Below, one piece after another: positions 63,557 through 64,000 of a DNA stretch of 64,000 nucleotides. A model generated the notes under the pieces. It did no database searches. It saw only the letters and a list, made by a program, of their open reading frames with translations, and was not told the DNA's origin. The position numbers were made by a program, and so were the translations under genes. Origin of the DNA: Octopus bimaculoides (taxonomy: Eukaryota); the NCBI RefSeq assembly GCF_001194135.2, contig NC_068998.1, positions 38,523,585-38,587,584 on the forward strand, read 5' to 3'. Numbering within the stretch: the stretch's first letter is position 1; every line of letters begins with the position of its first letter.

Positions 63557-63922
63557 TATATTTAAAGAAAAACCATCCAACCATGATTATCTCATCTTTT
63601 TTGGGGAGTGGGGGTCATTGTGTGCCCTGGTTGCTATCTCTAGCAGGTCGGACAAGCACATTAATCTTCTTCGTTGGCTTAAGCTAGTTCGATAGTTGTT
63701 TAGTCCTAGGTAAGCTTTAAATGAGTAGGCATAACCAAAGGTATATGTATATAACCGGCTGACACTGTAATGATAATCTGGAAACTCGACTGATGAGAGA
63801 AGGCTGCGAATAACCCGTACTTGTTTTTTCCTGTCCGACTTTTGCTGTTTTTCCTGTCCGTCTTTGTATCGCCAATCTGTCCGGATGTTTTATTGTCGTC
63901 TGTTGCATTCTTGTTCCATTTT

Positions 63923-64000
<78 letters not shown>

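Noticed and set aside
63785-63825. Hammerhead at CTGATGAG
   Set aside because: The core 5' half is present, but there is no convincing stem II, GAAA/stem III or stem I pairing.

Overview
Eukaryotic, AT-rich, repeat-saturated draft-assembly DNA. It has 17 N-gaps, almost all flanked by microsatellites. The repeat families look like those of an octopod cephalopod (Octopus-like); this is recognition from memory, not a database match. No convincing multi-exon gene or real long ORF is present: the ORF track is almost entirely N-gap and microsatellite artefacts. The window holds several families of tRNA-derived SINEs, degenerate R4/Dong-type (restriction-like endonuclease, RLE) non-LTR retrotransposons, Tc1/mariner MITEs, a mariner transposase remnant, a probable non-autonomous Helitron, a short LTR with a tRNA-Ser primer-binding site, and many simple repeats. 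The strongest unexpected signal is six to seven minimal type-I hammerhead ribozyme motifs from about five unrelated sequence families. They have covarying stem I helices, short palindromic or hairpin stem III, and non-canonical cores (U3-A8, A6U, U4C), and two pairs lie in tandem on the same strand. Other notable items are a ~1 kb inverted duplication, an 82-bp near-perfect hairpin, a Dong-like LINE that appears to target (CATA)n, a 2x2 shuffle of SINE heads and tails, and a candidate 9-nt microexon.
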